Shown here: one piece after another, positions 10,414 through 22,760 of the stretch
Layout of the letters: every line of letters starts with the position of its first letter
Position numbering within the stretch: the stretch's first letter is position 1
From: Azolla caroliniana
Taxonomy: Eukaryota > Plantae > Polypodiophyta
Direction: 5' to 3'
Assembly: GCA_043228905.1 (NCBI GenBank)
Contig: JBHGNT010000020.1
Location: 7,068,001-7,132,000 of the forward strand
DNA: 64,000 bases
Translations under genes and position numbers: made by a program
The notes under the pieces: model-generated
The model's database searches: none
Told to the model about the DNA's origin: nothing
What the model saw: only the letters and a program-made list of their open reading frames with translations

Positions 10414-13400
10414 ATGGCCGCCTCATCCTCCTCCTCCTCCTCCTGCAGACCCCTCGATCCTTCTGCACAGGATTTCATTCCTTCTTCTTCTTCTTCTTCT
10501 TCTTCTTCTTCGTCTGCTGCTGCTTCCGCTGATGCTGGCCATGGCGTCGTCTCTTCGCCTTTCTCTACTACTTCCTCCTCTTCAGGTGATGGAAGCGACT
10601 ACCCGATTCTCTTACTCTTACTCTTCTTCTCCTTGATTGTTGTTAATACTATCTCTCTTGATTCCCATGCTTGCGTCCATACTCCATATGCACGCTAATC
10701 TTCTGTTTTGTAGGCGCTTAGCGTTACACTTACCCTCTCTTGATCTCTCAGCTGTCTGATTTTGTAAACTCCCTCAACAGTCATTTATCTAGCATTACCA
10801 CTGTGAAGTAATTGCAGAAGGGGGGGGGGAAAGGAAAGAAGCCCGGATGTTTATTGATAGCTCTCAGTATATCCATCCTAAAATCAGCGGACAGTTGTAT
10901 TTAATTCTGATTCGCGTTTCGTATTGATTTTTCTGCAGAATATGTTAGCGGAGCAGGAGGTGGAGGCTCTACGGGTAATAGAGACATACCGCGAGGCCTG
11001 GATCGTGAAGATAACTGTGTCCATAGCTCTGTAAAGTTGAAGGTCTGCCATGGATCATCATCATCATCGTCGTCGTCGTCGTCGTCTTCCATGAATGCAG
11101 GTGCTGATCCAATGCCAGCCGCCGCCATCAGTGCCTCTCGGACGGTTGTTCACCATCGCAGCAATTATCGCGATACGAGCTTCTTCAATCCATCGCCTGC
11201 ATTACCATCAGCCGGCCAGGCGCAGGTTAATTACGGCCTAGTACCCCATCTCTTCTTCATGCCCGTGCCTGATTCAAGTTCCAATCAATGGGAAGCTGCT
11301 GGAGGTGTGGTGCCCTTCCTCCCTGCACATTACGGCACTCCAGCTCTGCAACCTCCTCCTCCTCCTCCGCAGCCACTATCGCCATCGCCGTCTCTGCACA
11401 GCGCTACACCTCTATGCCAGGACAGCCGGTTCTATAGCTGTTCCCTGCTCCCATCCCCATCCCCGCCTCCATCTGTCAATCTGCCACTGATTCCATCGTC
11501 TGTTTCATCATCTATATCCGCTGCTCAGGGAAACGCATTGCTGCCTGCAGCACCTACCACAAGCTTCAGTCTGATTGCAGCCTCTCCACCTCCAGCCGTG
11601 TATTCCAATCCATCACCTCCTGAGCTCCCTGAATCGGTCCTATCGAAGCCCATCAGGACGACATCAGGGCCGTTCTATTTCCGCGACAGGATGTCCCGAG
11701 CCCTCCAGCTCGTGGGGCTCCGTCCCGACATGGAAGAGGCGGACCTCATCAGGGACCTCTCTCAGTGGGGTGAGATACGCGCCCTGCAGCTGGAGAAGAT
11801 CAGCGATGGGCTCCTCACCGTCCATTACTACGACATTCGTGCAGCGCGGTCGGCGTTAACGGACATTCAGCACCAGCATCTCCTGCAGCAGCAACGAGTT
11901 CAGAAGCAGCTATGGAGGCTCGCCGAGGAATTCTCCGACCAGATTAACGACAAGGGAGTAGAACCGAATGCATGTGGAGGAGAAGACGCCCTAGTTAATA
12001 TGAAAATGCTCGAAATCAATGACTCTGAGACAGAATCGAATCATACAGCTCATCCTGCTGCCATTACTGATCCTTCTCAAGCTTCTGCCATCGATTCTGA
12101 ACACGCAGGCGGGGTTAGTAGTAGCAAAGGTTTAATCGGCGGCAAAGCGATCTGGGCGCATTATACCATACCTGTCGACCTACAGACTGACGATTGTATG
12201 AATCAAGGCACTCTCGTGGTGTTTAATCTAGATATGAACATGGAGGCTGAAGAAGTGAGGGACATCTTCGAGAGATATGGCAAGTGTTCGCTCTCGCTTG
12301 AAGAACGCTAATATAATAGTTCTAATCATCAGCATCATCATGCTGTTGGTTCCATGGAGCGGAGGAACCCTAAAATAGAAACCTGTATATTCTGTCGCTT
12401 TCTTTCTTCCCTGCTTCTCTGAGAGTCTGTCTGTGCTTTTCCCATTTGGGTTTTGATTTGTTTGCAGGACCTGTGAAAGAAGTAAGGGAAGCTCCAATGA
12501 GGAGGCAACACAAATTCGTGGAGTTTTATGATGTGAGGGACGCAGCAGCAGCGCTGGACGCCCTGGATGGAACAGAGCTGGACGGGAAGAAGCTGAAGAT
12601 TGAGTTCAGCAGGCCGGTAGGATATGGCAGAAAGCTCGCGCAGCATACTAACAGCACTCTTAGTAACCCTAACAGCAGCTCCTCGCTGTTAATGCACGTC
12701 CCCCATACTGCTGTGCCTTCCACGAATAGTGGTAGCAAGACCTATGCAGCTTGCAGCTCCGCCATAGCCAGCAGTGACCACATAAGCATGGCTGCTGCTA
12801 CGTCTTGTCCGAGTTTTTACAACTCATGGGGATGGCCTCCTCCACAAGCAACAGATCAGGGAAGCTACATGGGGATGATGAGCTCATATCATCATAACCA
12901 TCAGGAGTTTCAGCAGCTCAGCTCTGCACCTCCGCCATGGATGCCATCTCCAGGAGGCAATAGCATCTGCAGCAGCCTATACCACTACCATCCTCACCAC
13001 AACTCCTCTCAGTTTCAGCTGCCGCTGCTGTTGCCTCCTGGACCTCCGCCGTATAACCCTGCTATCCACCACCCACTACTAGGCTATGGCGGAGCTGCAT
13101 TGCCCTCCTCCCCTGAAGGGATGGATCTCTGCAATCTCCACCCGACTCCTTTCTTGTTCGTAGGGAAAGGATTACATGCGGTGAGTGCGACTGTTCCGGC
13201 CCAGCAATCCTCCCATGTGCCACTGTCATTTGTGCCGCCATTTCCCCCGAATGAAGTGAACCGATATGAGAATTCCTGGAGCGATAGTAGGCATCCTGTG
13301 CAGATGATGCAGCAGCAATATGATCCACAGAACTACTTGCAGAACGTGCAGTGCCATGGCCAGAGCACTAACACCTGGAGCTCAATGCCTTATTCTGAGC

Positions 13401-14936
13401 CAAAGAAGAAGCCCAGTGGTAACACAGAGAGTGGAGATGGAGGAGAAGCTTGCAGTGGGGCCAATATGCCACCCCCTCATCGCAGATTATTGGCGAAGAA
13501 GAGTAGCAGTAGCAGCAATCGGAGCATGAGCAATAATAACAGTGGAGCTTTGTGGAGAGGCAATGGTTCACATCGAACTAGACCTACTTCTTCCTCTTCT
13601 CCTTCATCTTCGTCCTCTGTAACCCAGGAGCACTTCAAATTCGATGAGACGGAAGCAGTGCAGATCTCCCCTACCGATCCTACATCCAAGGAAGGAGTTT
13701 CTTCAACAAATCCATCTCCTACTACTAAGCCTGGAAGAACAACACTGATGATTCGCAACATTCCTAACAAATACACGTAAAATCTCGTCTACATCTGTTA
13801 GTAATACTATGTATTTATTGCATTATCTCTGTTCTTTATGTATGTGTGTATGTATGTATGTATCTATCCATCATTGTCATCACCATCTAGTGTTTATGCA
13901 GACAACAGATGCTCATTGCGATGCTCGATGATCATTGCCTAGAGTGCAACACGCGGCTGACCAATAGCGGGGAAGGTGGCACAACTAGAATCGATACGAA
14001 TGAGCCTCTCTCTGGTTTTGATTTTGTATATTTGCCAATTGATTTCAAGTGAGTTGAACGATAATGATCTGTCATTTGTTACTTAATTAGTAATGCATAT
14101 TACTATGATATCAGTCATTCCCTATGTCCTTGTTTTGTCGGCCCCCTTCCTTGATTTCGTCACTTTCTTTGGTTTTATGCAATCAGAAACAGATGTAACC
14201 TTGGCTATGCATTTGTGAACCTCACTTCCCCTCAAGCTACTGTCCGTTTGCACAGAGCCTTTCATGGCAGGCAGTGGGATGAGTTCAACTCTCGAAAGAT
14301 TTGCGAAGTAACCTACGCGAGGCTGCAAGTAAAAAAATTAAGATCTTAATGGTTTTGGTTGTTTTTTTTGTTGCTATTACGAGAGGAACAAAATGTTGGG
14401 CAAAACCTTCCACTATATCATATGACTCTCACTGTTTGAGGAATTGTATCGTGTAATGTCAGGGACGTGAAGCTCTGGAGGATCACTTCAGGAACTCAAG
14501 GTTTGCATGTGACACGGATGAATACCTGCCTGTCGTGTTCTCGCCTCCACGCCTCGGATTCAAAATCTCAATGTTGATGGATTGTAGCAAGGAAAGCACT
14601 ACTAAGGGGCCCCCAGAGGATGTTGTGAATGACCCAAGTAATAATTGTACTCAAAACATGGACAAATGTATCGACAATGGTGTGGATGTAGTTGAAAAGG
14701 AGATTATATCAGTTGGGGTTCCGGATATAGTCTTGCCCAATTCTAATGTAAGGATAGCAGATCCTAACAGTTCAAGCAGTAACAGCATTAGTGGGAACCC
14801 TGAATCTTCCACCATAACTACAAATGTGTCGGCGAGCGCAACTATATCTGGAACTGCTCTTGGTAGACGTCTGCATGGTAATTACAGATATGCAGGTATA
14901 CTGCCCAATCAACCCCGCAGTTTCAGTTCTAGATAG
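10414..14936 (+). CDS. TEL1: MEI2-like RNA-binding protein of the TERMINAL EAR1-like (TEL) clade, about 1194 aa
   Basis: Predicted exons: 10414-10585, 10939-12279, 12468-13776, 13902-14048, 14187-14328, 14463-14936. Phases are consistent (3585 nt, ending TAG). RRM1: RALQLVG...WGEIRAL...[13 protein letters not shown]2: [11 protein letters not shown]...YGPVKEVRE...[18 protein letters not shown]2-type RRM3: [17 protein letters not shown]...LDDHC...[22 protein letters not shown]...[27 protein letters not shown]-terminal [10 protein letters not shown]. The symbol indicates clade, not proven orthology. Confidence 0.93.
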
Positions 14937-16819
14937 CGAATCATAACACTGATATAGCCAGACTTGGCATTTCGTGATGCATCATCTGCATCGGTACAGT
15001 CAAGTCAATCCAATTCGGTTGATCGTTATGGATGATCAAGTACACACGCACACACACACACATACACACACACATATATATAAGTATGTATGTATGTATG
15101 TATGTATATGGAGGTGCTCTCCATATGTAATGTGTCTTTCATATTCTAATCCTTTTGTTGGTCACCTGTAATATGTATTTCTTCAAACCCACAACAAAGC
15201 TGAGAGAGGGAGCTTTCACAACTCCTAGTAAAAATTCATAAGCAGAAGAAAGTTAAGGTAATTTATGTAAGACAATGTATCGATGAATGAATGTAGTGGG
15301 TGAAATGGATGTGCTCATATACATTTATTGACCTTGTTTCCTTAACATTTTTATTCATGAAAAGCACACTCTAAAGAACGAAATCGAGTTAAGGAGTGGT
15401 GATTTCTTTCAAAGTTTGAAACACTCTTTCATATGTGCTATTTTCCATGTATTCAATGAAATTCCTTCCTGATGTGAGCTCTCCTTTTAGTGTGCTTAAT
15501 TTTTGTTACATATATATATATATATATATACTGTGCAGTGTCTATAGAATGAGAATAACAGGTGAAGATATCAAAGCAGTCATGGAATATTGTACTTAGG
15601 AAAAGAAGAGGAAGAAGAGCTGTCATTACTGTTAATAATGTTAAATCAATCGAGTACCTCGAGACTCGAGCCGATTGACAAGCTGCAAATTTAAAGGGAA
15701 TTAAGATTAGATCAGATTAGATTAGATTTGTGAATGTAGTGTGTAATGCTGCAATGAATGATGTTGGTAAGTAGTTATGATGATTCCCATAGCCTCTACA
15801 CATTTAAGTAGGTGGTCATTTCATGTAGAGCACTAGTCTCCAATTCCAATACTCTAAACAAACATTCACAACATTTATTATAAACCTTTTTCTCTATGAT
15901 ACATCATACTAGATTTAACGTCTGGTTTGAAAGATTATACGGTAGATATATAGACCAGCCAACTGTATACATATATGTACAAGAAGACACAGATTTCCAA
16001 TGCCTGCTGCACTTCTAGCTGATATCCTGCGTGATTTATTTGTGTTGCTTGCGAATCCTGCCTCTTTCTGCACCACAACCGGTCCTGCAAATATGTGGGT
16101 GTCATGGGAATCGATCAGATGATGATGGTGTGGGTTGGCATTATAAAGAAACTATGACTTTTCTATAGGTTCGAGAGAGCTGTGGGACTGCTCTTTCTGT
16201 ATCTTAGGTAGCAGATAGTTATATATATATATATCAATATGTATATAGTGACATTATATGTATATATATAGTGACACTACTTCTGAGCAAATAAATCTGG
16301 AGCATGCATGAATGTGCCTTGGAATTAACAACCCTCTAGTTCCTTCATATTAATTTCACTTGATTGAGATATAAATTAGCATTAAATCCGGATACACATT
16401 TTCTAATGTATGCAGAAACATACATTCATATATGTAAATTCTATTACAGATCACAACATGATGGGGTAGGGTGGTTCAGTTGATGTATGACTCTGATAGG
16501 TGGACAGTGCTAGCTAACTAACTAAAAGGCCGTCATATGTGTGTTTTTTGTTTTGTATATGCATGTAAAGCATACCCTTGGAACTCGGTTCCCACTTAAC
16601 CAACTATATTAGACATTGACTTGGAAACAAGACGAATAACATACTCATTTTAGTCTTTGGAGTGGATGGTAAAATCATTGAGGCTCACCCATTGGTGAGG
16701 ACTTATCATCGGGTGATTTAAAATCGTTGATTCTAATCTAAGTGTGGGTTATTGTGGATTAGATAGTCATAGTTTATATTGTGGATTAGACTTATTTCGC
16801 AATCATCAATATCTTAGAA

Positions 16820-17430
16820 ACACCTTGGTCCATCTCATTGAGCTATGATGATTACAATTGGTGACTTCTTTAATACTTATCTCTCTTAATGTGCATATGA
16901 TACAATTGGAGGAATGATAGTGTTGTGCATATTGATGGTCATCTCAAGCATATGATTGAAAACTCAAATCTTGAGTTGATACAAACAAAGATAATTTGAA
17001 GATAGAGCCCCCTAATGAAAAGGGCAATGTGGATCTTGCTAGTGTAGTGGTTTTGGATAATGTCAATCATTGTAAAGTACATGATGGATGTTGAGATTGT
17101 TTCAGTATTCATATCTTGCTTGGGTGCACTCCCAGTTATGTGCTTGTAGTATGTAAGACCTCTCTTTAGTGCTGAATAGAGGATATTGATCTCAAGTAGT
17201 TGATGCCGTGCTAATAAGTAGGGGAAATGGGTGAATGCATATTCGATGCTTTGGTCAATGTTACAAGAAAGTGGATATTGAGATAAGCTCTACAAGGAAG
17301 TGGATGCACACATTCTCAAGTAAATAAAGTGAAGTATGTAAGGCAAACAGATTGATGTTGTTCAGGTTGTCGAGTATCTTTGGTTTTGATATCCAACCAA
17401 TCTATTGATGGAATAAACAATATGAATCTC
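16820..17430 (+). pseudogene. Ancient Copia RT remnant
   Basis: Only faint motif traces (MDV, LYGLKQ-like) in the expected order. No ORF. Confidence 0.3.
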
Positions 17431-20342
17431 CCCCTTAGTCAACCTCTTAATTCTTAAACAATTACAAACAATGATTTATCTTGGGTTTGAACTAGATCAA
17501 GTAATATGACAAATATGTATATGCCATTATTTAGGAATCTAGGAATAAAAAGCTTAATATTGTACTGATCTCTCTGAAACTTGTTGAGACAAAGAAAACC
17601 TAGGTGAGGTGATTTGTAAGGACATTGAACTAAGCATGAACCAATGAATCTTGTGATCCATTTATACACACATATATACCATCAATAGGATAAAGTATAC
17701 AAGTGCAAGAGTACAATTTGACAAAGAGAGACGATCGAACTATTACTTAAGAAAAATTTAAATATCCCAAACTTGAACTTAGAAAATGTACAATAACTCC
17801 GTTCATAGAATCCCTCTCGACCTGAGGAGTATGGTCCCTTTGTATGTAGAAGTCAATGTTGATCATTGATATAGCAATATGTTTTGTGTACGATCATAAA
17901 ATCCAATACATACCTATATTATGTTGAAGCAATGTTTGGTTGGTGCTTAATCTGGTTTCCTAGTTGAAGCAATGTAGTTAGATGCTAATTTTTTATGCTA
18001 TTTAATTTTTTGAATTTAAATTTAAACATTTATCTATGCATACCATCTCCATGAAGACACCTATGACTTCCTATATTGGTGAGTTGTGCAATTTGTCTTA
18101 GTTCAGAGAGTACTAGGAATGTCAAAACCTCAAGAGTACAATAACCATTTGGTTAAGTGCGTATTTTATAGAGGTCAAAATCCAGTTCAAAAAAATTACA
18201 TTGTTTCATGACGAAATTACATCAAACCAAGTTTGAACTATGTTCCAGACACCCAAAAGATATGAAAAGGAGTTTCTGAAAAAAATAAAATAAAAAACAA
18301 TTGTTACACGATGGTGGGTGCGGTTTGTTGAAAAAATGAAGAGAAAAATGCAACGTCAAAACGAAAACAAATTAAGGAGTGGTAGAGTCTAGTTGTAGTG
18401 TCAATGCGTATGTTTGAGTGTCGTGTGTTCTCTGTGTGTGTGTGTGTCTACGAGTCTGTGATAAAGAAAATAAACTTTCTACTAACCTATTTATCCATTT
18501 CCTTTTCAAGATAACAGATGCATTCCTCAAGCCTAGCAGAAAGGAGAAAACTAAAGGTAATCGGGAATCGGGAAAGAAACAATGCTAAAGAAGAGAGTAT
18601 GCTGAAACAAGATATGTTTCAGGTCAATTATATCACATAAATTGATCACTTTTCTTATCAAGAATTGTATGGTTAGAGCATAGAGGGGAAAAATTTCAGA
18701 AGCCCCTAGAAATTTCAAAAAAACCCTAAACATTTTCAAAAAACCCTTAAGTGCGCACTTCTTCCTTGTGTTCAAAGTGCACACTTAACTGAATGGTTGT
18801 TGATTATGAGCTCAGGCATTTACTATATGTTAAGTCTCCATACAAGGTACAATGAAGGCTAGTTTATAAATAAATCTCTTACCATGGTTTTATCACAAAT
18901 TTAATGCATTACGTTTGTTCTTTTATTCATAAAACATTTGTTCACGACATACTTAACATTTTGAAATGTATTAAATAAATAAGAATTGAAAATTATACTT
19001 TGATAAACTCATCCCATAGAGTTAATAGGGAGAGATGTTTGAATAGACGGCACGATCTATTTGGTGCACATATTAAGAAATCATAGTGCAAACACATGAA
19101 CCTATGCAACGACTTAAAATGTTTTAATAGCGTAGGCATTCAAATGGCTAGTGTGTATCCATGTAAACAAGGTTACCACTCTAGGAACACTAACTCACAA
19201 CAAACAAATCAACCACCCACTTCATCCATAAAAAAATTACCAAAAGCTTATGAACCATGCAACAATTGTTATAGAATTATAATCATGCAATGATATTCAA
19301 GAGCAAAAAGCTAAGGATCATCAGGGAACAAAAACGCTCATTTTTTGCTCGTCAAAGCCCCCGTTACGGAGATCTTTGATCCTTCCTAGTATCTAAATGC
19401 TTCTATGAGTTCTAGAGGTGTTTAGTTGTTGGAGAGTTTATGAAAGACTTAACATAAGACTTTAAGCATTGCCTTAATTCCACAAAAGCGGAAGCACAAG
19501 TTCGAGTTGAACCAAAAATGCATTTGATTTTACAAAATTGAAAGGCAACATGATACATTGAAGAATGGCCTTGCCTTATTAAATAAGCAAATCCCAAGTT
19601 TAACAAAGTTGGAAAATACCCAACATATTATAAAAGGTTGCATAGACAAATTTGAGGTGGGACTTCTCTATTGTAGGACTTGGATTGAAGAGGTATTTAG
19701 CTTCCTTTTCCTTTTTCTTGGGGAGTTTTGAGAGAGGTATTTTTTTACCCAATAAATGAGGACAAGGTTTTAGTGCTAGAGAATTTCAGATTGCAAAGGA
19801 TCATCCAGGCACACAAACCCACACCCACACCCACACCCATCCTCTTTCACACCTCTAGGCTAACATGTGTTGGATGGGATGGAATTTGTTTGTTTTGTCT
19901 AGCCTACCCCAACCCAAATCCAGTTATGAGTTTTGTAAACACCTTCCTATCCTCCTTTTCTTGTATTGGAATAATCTATTTGATTTATTTATCATTTCTG
20001 CATGCTTATGTTTGGGATTGAATGATCTCGAGTGTTTTGAGTGTTCAAGCTGAAATTATCACTTAATTTTGAGTGTGTAAATTGCTTCAAGGGAGTGTGC
20101 TAATACACATACTTTGGAGCCACAACTTATCTTCTTTCCTTTCTAAGTTTTACTGCATGCAGAATGCTAGGAAGATAAGGGATTCTTGATTAGAAAAAGC
20201 AAAATAAGTGTTTGAAAGGTCCTTTATATTATGAAAAAGGCTAAAGGCTTTCAACTTATGATAGACCATGTGGGACTAAACCTTTGTTGTAAATTCGTTT
20301 CAAGACAAAAGGAGAGAATTGAGCATGCAAATAACCCTTGGT

Positions 20343-21392
20343 TGTCAAGAGTAGTACTAGAAACCGAGAGGATTAGTACTAGAGATAGAGTAAAAGAGAG
20401 AGAGAGAGAGTACTATCAGAATTAGTACGAGATATAGATAAAAGGGAGAGAGATTATGGGAGAATCATGAGAGAGAGTTAAAGGGGAAGAGAGAAGTATG
20501 ATAACAAAGAGAATATATTATATGGAAAAAGAGTACAAGGATAGCTAAGAGGCTTAATGACTGGCGTTGAACTGAATTGGTTTGAATAATGCCATATACC
20601 TCTATTTATAGTATGATCAGGAGTATTCCTGAAGTTTCTAGAATGTTCTAGAGTAATTGAGTATACATAATTTTCTATAATGAAATAATAAATAAAAATA
20701 ATATTTTTCGTATTACAATTGTCATCTTAATGGTATGGCCTCAAATCATGTAACATAAGGTCACATGTTCAATTTCGTTTGGGGCCATATCATGATACTA
20801 TCCCCCCCTTTAAACGACGAGTGGTGTTATGAGTTGTCTTCGATTGAGGACCTAGTTTGTCTGGATATTGTCGATGGAAATCCTCTAGAAGAGCTTGGGC
20901 ATTGGCCACATTCTCTACTGGTTCCCAAGTACGATTGCTTGGACTATATCCTAGCCAATCTACCAAATAGTAGAGTTTGTTGCGAACAATCTTTGAATAG
21001 AGGATGGTAGCAACTTCGTACTCAGGTCCATCTTCAAGTTCAATTGGGGGTGGAGGTCGAAATGTGACATCATTGATTTTTCTGTTAATATGGAAAGGAC
21101 CTAACCTTTGATAATCTAATTTGGCACATGGTCGAGTAGTCTTCATGTTTCGTCGTAATAGCCATACTCGATCTCCAATATCAAAACAGAATGGAAGCCG
21201 ATGACAATATGCATAATGCTTATGTGTTTGTTGGGCTTGATGTAGGTAGTTAGATAGTACTGCCTGAATCTTGCGTAGTCACTCTAAATGATCATGTGCA
21301 TTAGGATTTGTGGGTAATTCAGGAGCTTCGAATACACACTAGTGAGGATGATAGCCTGTGGCTAAAAGCATGCGAGTGGAATCACTATTATA
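20343..21392 (-). mobile_element. Truncated chromodomain Gypsy (integrase C-terminus, chromodomain, PPT, 3' LTR)
   Basis: ORF 20790-21146 reads KLDYQRLGPF...EYEVATILYSKIVRNKLYYLVDWLGYSPSNRTWEPVENV (GPY/F motif plus chromodomain). PPT at about 20801-20810. Putative LTR 20343-20797 (TGTCA...TGATA). Confidence 0.8.
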
Positions 21393-21919
21393 GCTAATTA
21401 GTTGGTAAAATGGCCATAGCTATTTAGCTAGTTTTTTGTGGGCAAATCATAAGGATCATTTATGAAATTTTATGCTTTATTAGTTAAATATATGTCATTT
21501 AATTTATGAGAATACTAAAAAATTTGAACTTTGGTTTTTGACGTGGTGGAACTTGGGGAATAGTGCCCTCATCTAAACTCAACTTGAATGTCACCAAATT
21601 CTTGTTAATCTTGAGTTTGAGTTTGAAATCCAAACAGATGGAGTACTCTGACCATGAACGTAGACGAAGCTCCGCAACAACACAAAAACTCTGATATCGA
21701 CATTGCACCGTCAGAGCTACAACACACCACTAGTTTGATCCTCATCCAGGTATGTATCAGTTACACATTTATTTTATTTTATTTTCCCTTTATGATAACT
21801 GTAACTTTGTCATCTGTTCATCTTTTATAAAAAACAATTAGGGCGAAGTTGTTGGAGTCCCAAAAAAGGATGTCTCGAAGATCGGGTGTAGCAGCAAGTG
21901 TGTTTTTGATTGACAAAAA

Positions 21920-22373
21920 TTCTGATTAGGGTTGATTTCAGATTAGGGTTTCTTATTAAGGTTTCTGATTAGGGTTTCAAATTTCCTTAAGCGATTGATT
22001 TCTAATTAGGGTTTCTTATTAAGGTTTTCTGATTAGGGTTTCAAATTTCCTTAAGCGGTTAGTTTCTGATTAAGGTTTCTAAATAGGGTTTCTGATTTTT
22101 TAAGCGGTTGATTTTTGATTGTTGAAAATTTCAGATTTAGTGTTTGAATTTTGCACCAATTCAAATTTCCTTAAACGATTGGGGTTTCAAATTTCCTTAA
22201 GCGATTGATTTCTAATTAGGGTTTCTTATTAAGGTTTTCTGATTAGGGTTTCAAATTTCCTTAAGCGGTTAGTTTTTGATTAAGGTTTCTAAATAGGGTT
22301 TTTGATTTTTTAAGCGGTTGATTTTTGATTGTTGAAAATTTCAGATTTAGTGTTTGAATTTTGCACCAATTCA
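21920..22373 (+). repeat. Degenerate ATTAGGGTTT (telo-box-like) repeats with a 210-bp-period direct duplication
   Basis: Multiple GATTAGGGTTTC units. 21972-22163 is repeated at 22182-22373. Confidence 0.8.
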
Positions 22374-22760
22374 CATTTCTAATTTCAATGGCTGTGTGTG
22401 TAAACTTCCATGAAACTTGATTTAGGATTTGGGTGAATGTGGTTGATTTTTTATTCTTGATTCTTCCCTACCAATTACGGTGCTAAATACACATGTCCGA
22501 GTAGAGCAGAGGTAACATGTATTGATTTTTGATTTCAGGTGGCTCGTTTCTCCATATCCTAGAGTGCTGAACTTTGCAAAGTTTTGCGAGACAAAAGAGG
22601 ACTTTAACAACATATATGGTCTGTCACTAGAGGGTATTGACCCTGTTGTTCTAACAGATAAATTGATTAGTAATGTAGACTGGTTATTAGTCTATAAAAG
22701 TGCCCAGAGTGAAAGGCAAGGTGAAGCTCAAGCATGTAAGACCGGAGCTGTATGACGACT

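Noticed and set aside
17700-20300. Further gene or LINE/Copia remnants
   Set aside because: Only isolated motif traces (e.g. LHGD on minus near 18045-18055), too weak to delimit.
21383-21387. CACTA transposon terminus
   Set aside because: These bases read as the minus-strand integrase remnant (YNS..STRM..ATGYHP), and no matching TIR is visible.
21920-22373. True interstitial telomere
   Set aside because: The units are dispersed and degenerate rather than tandem TTTAGGG.
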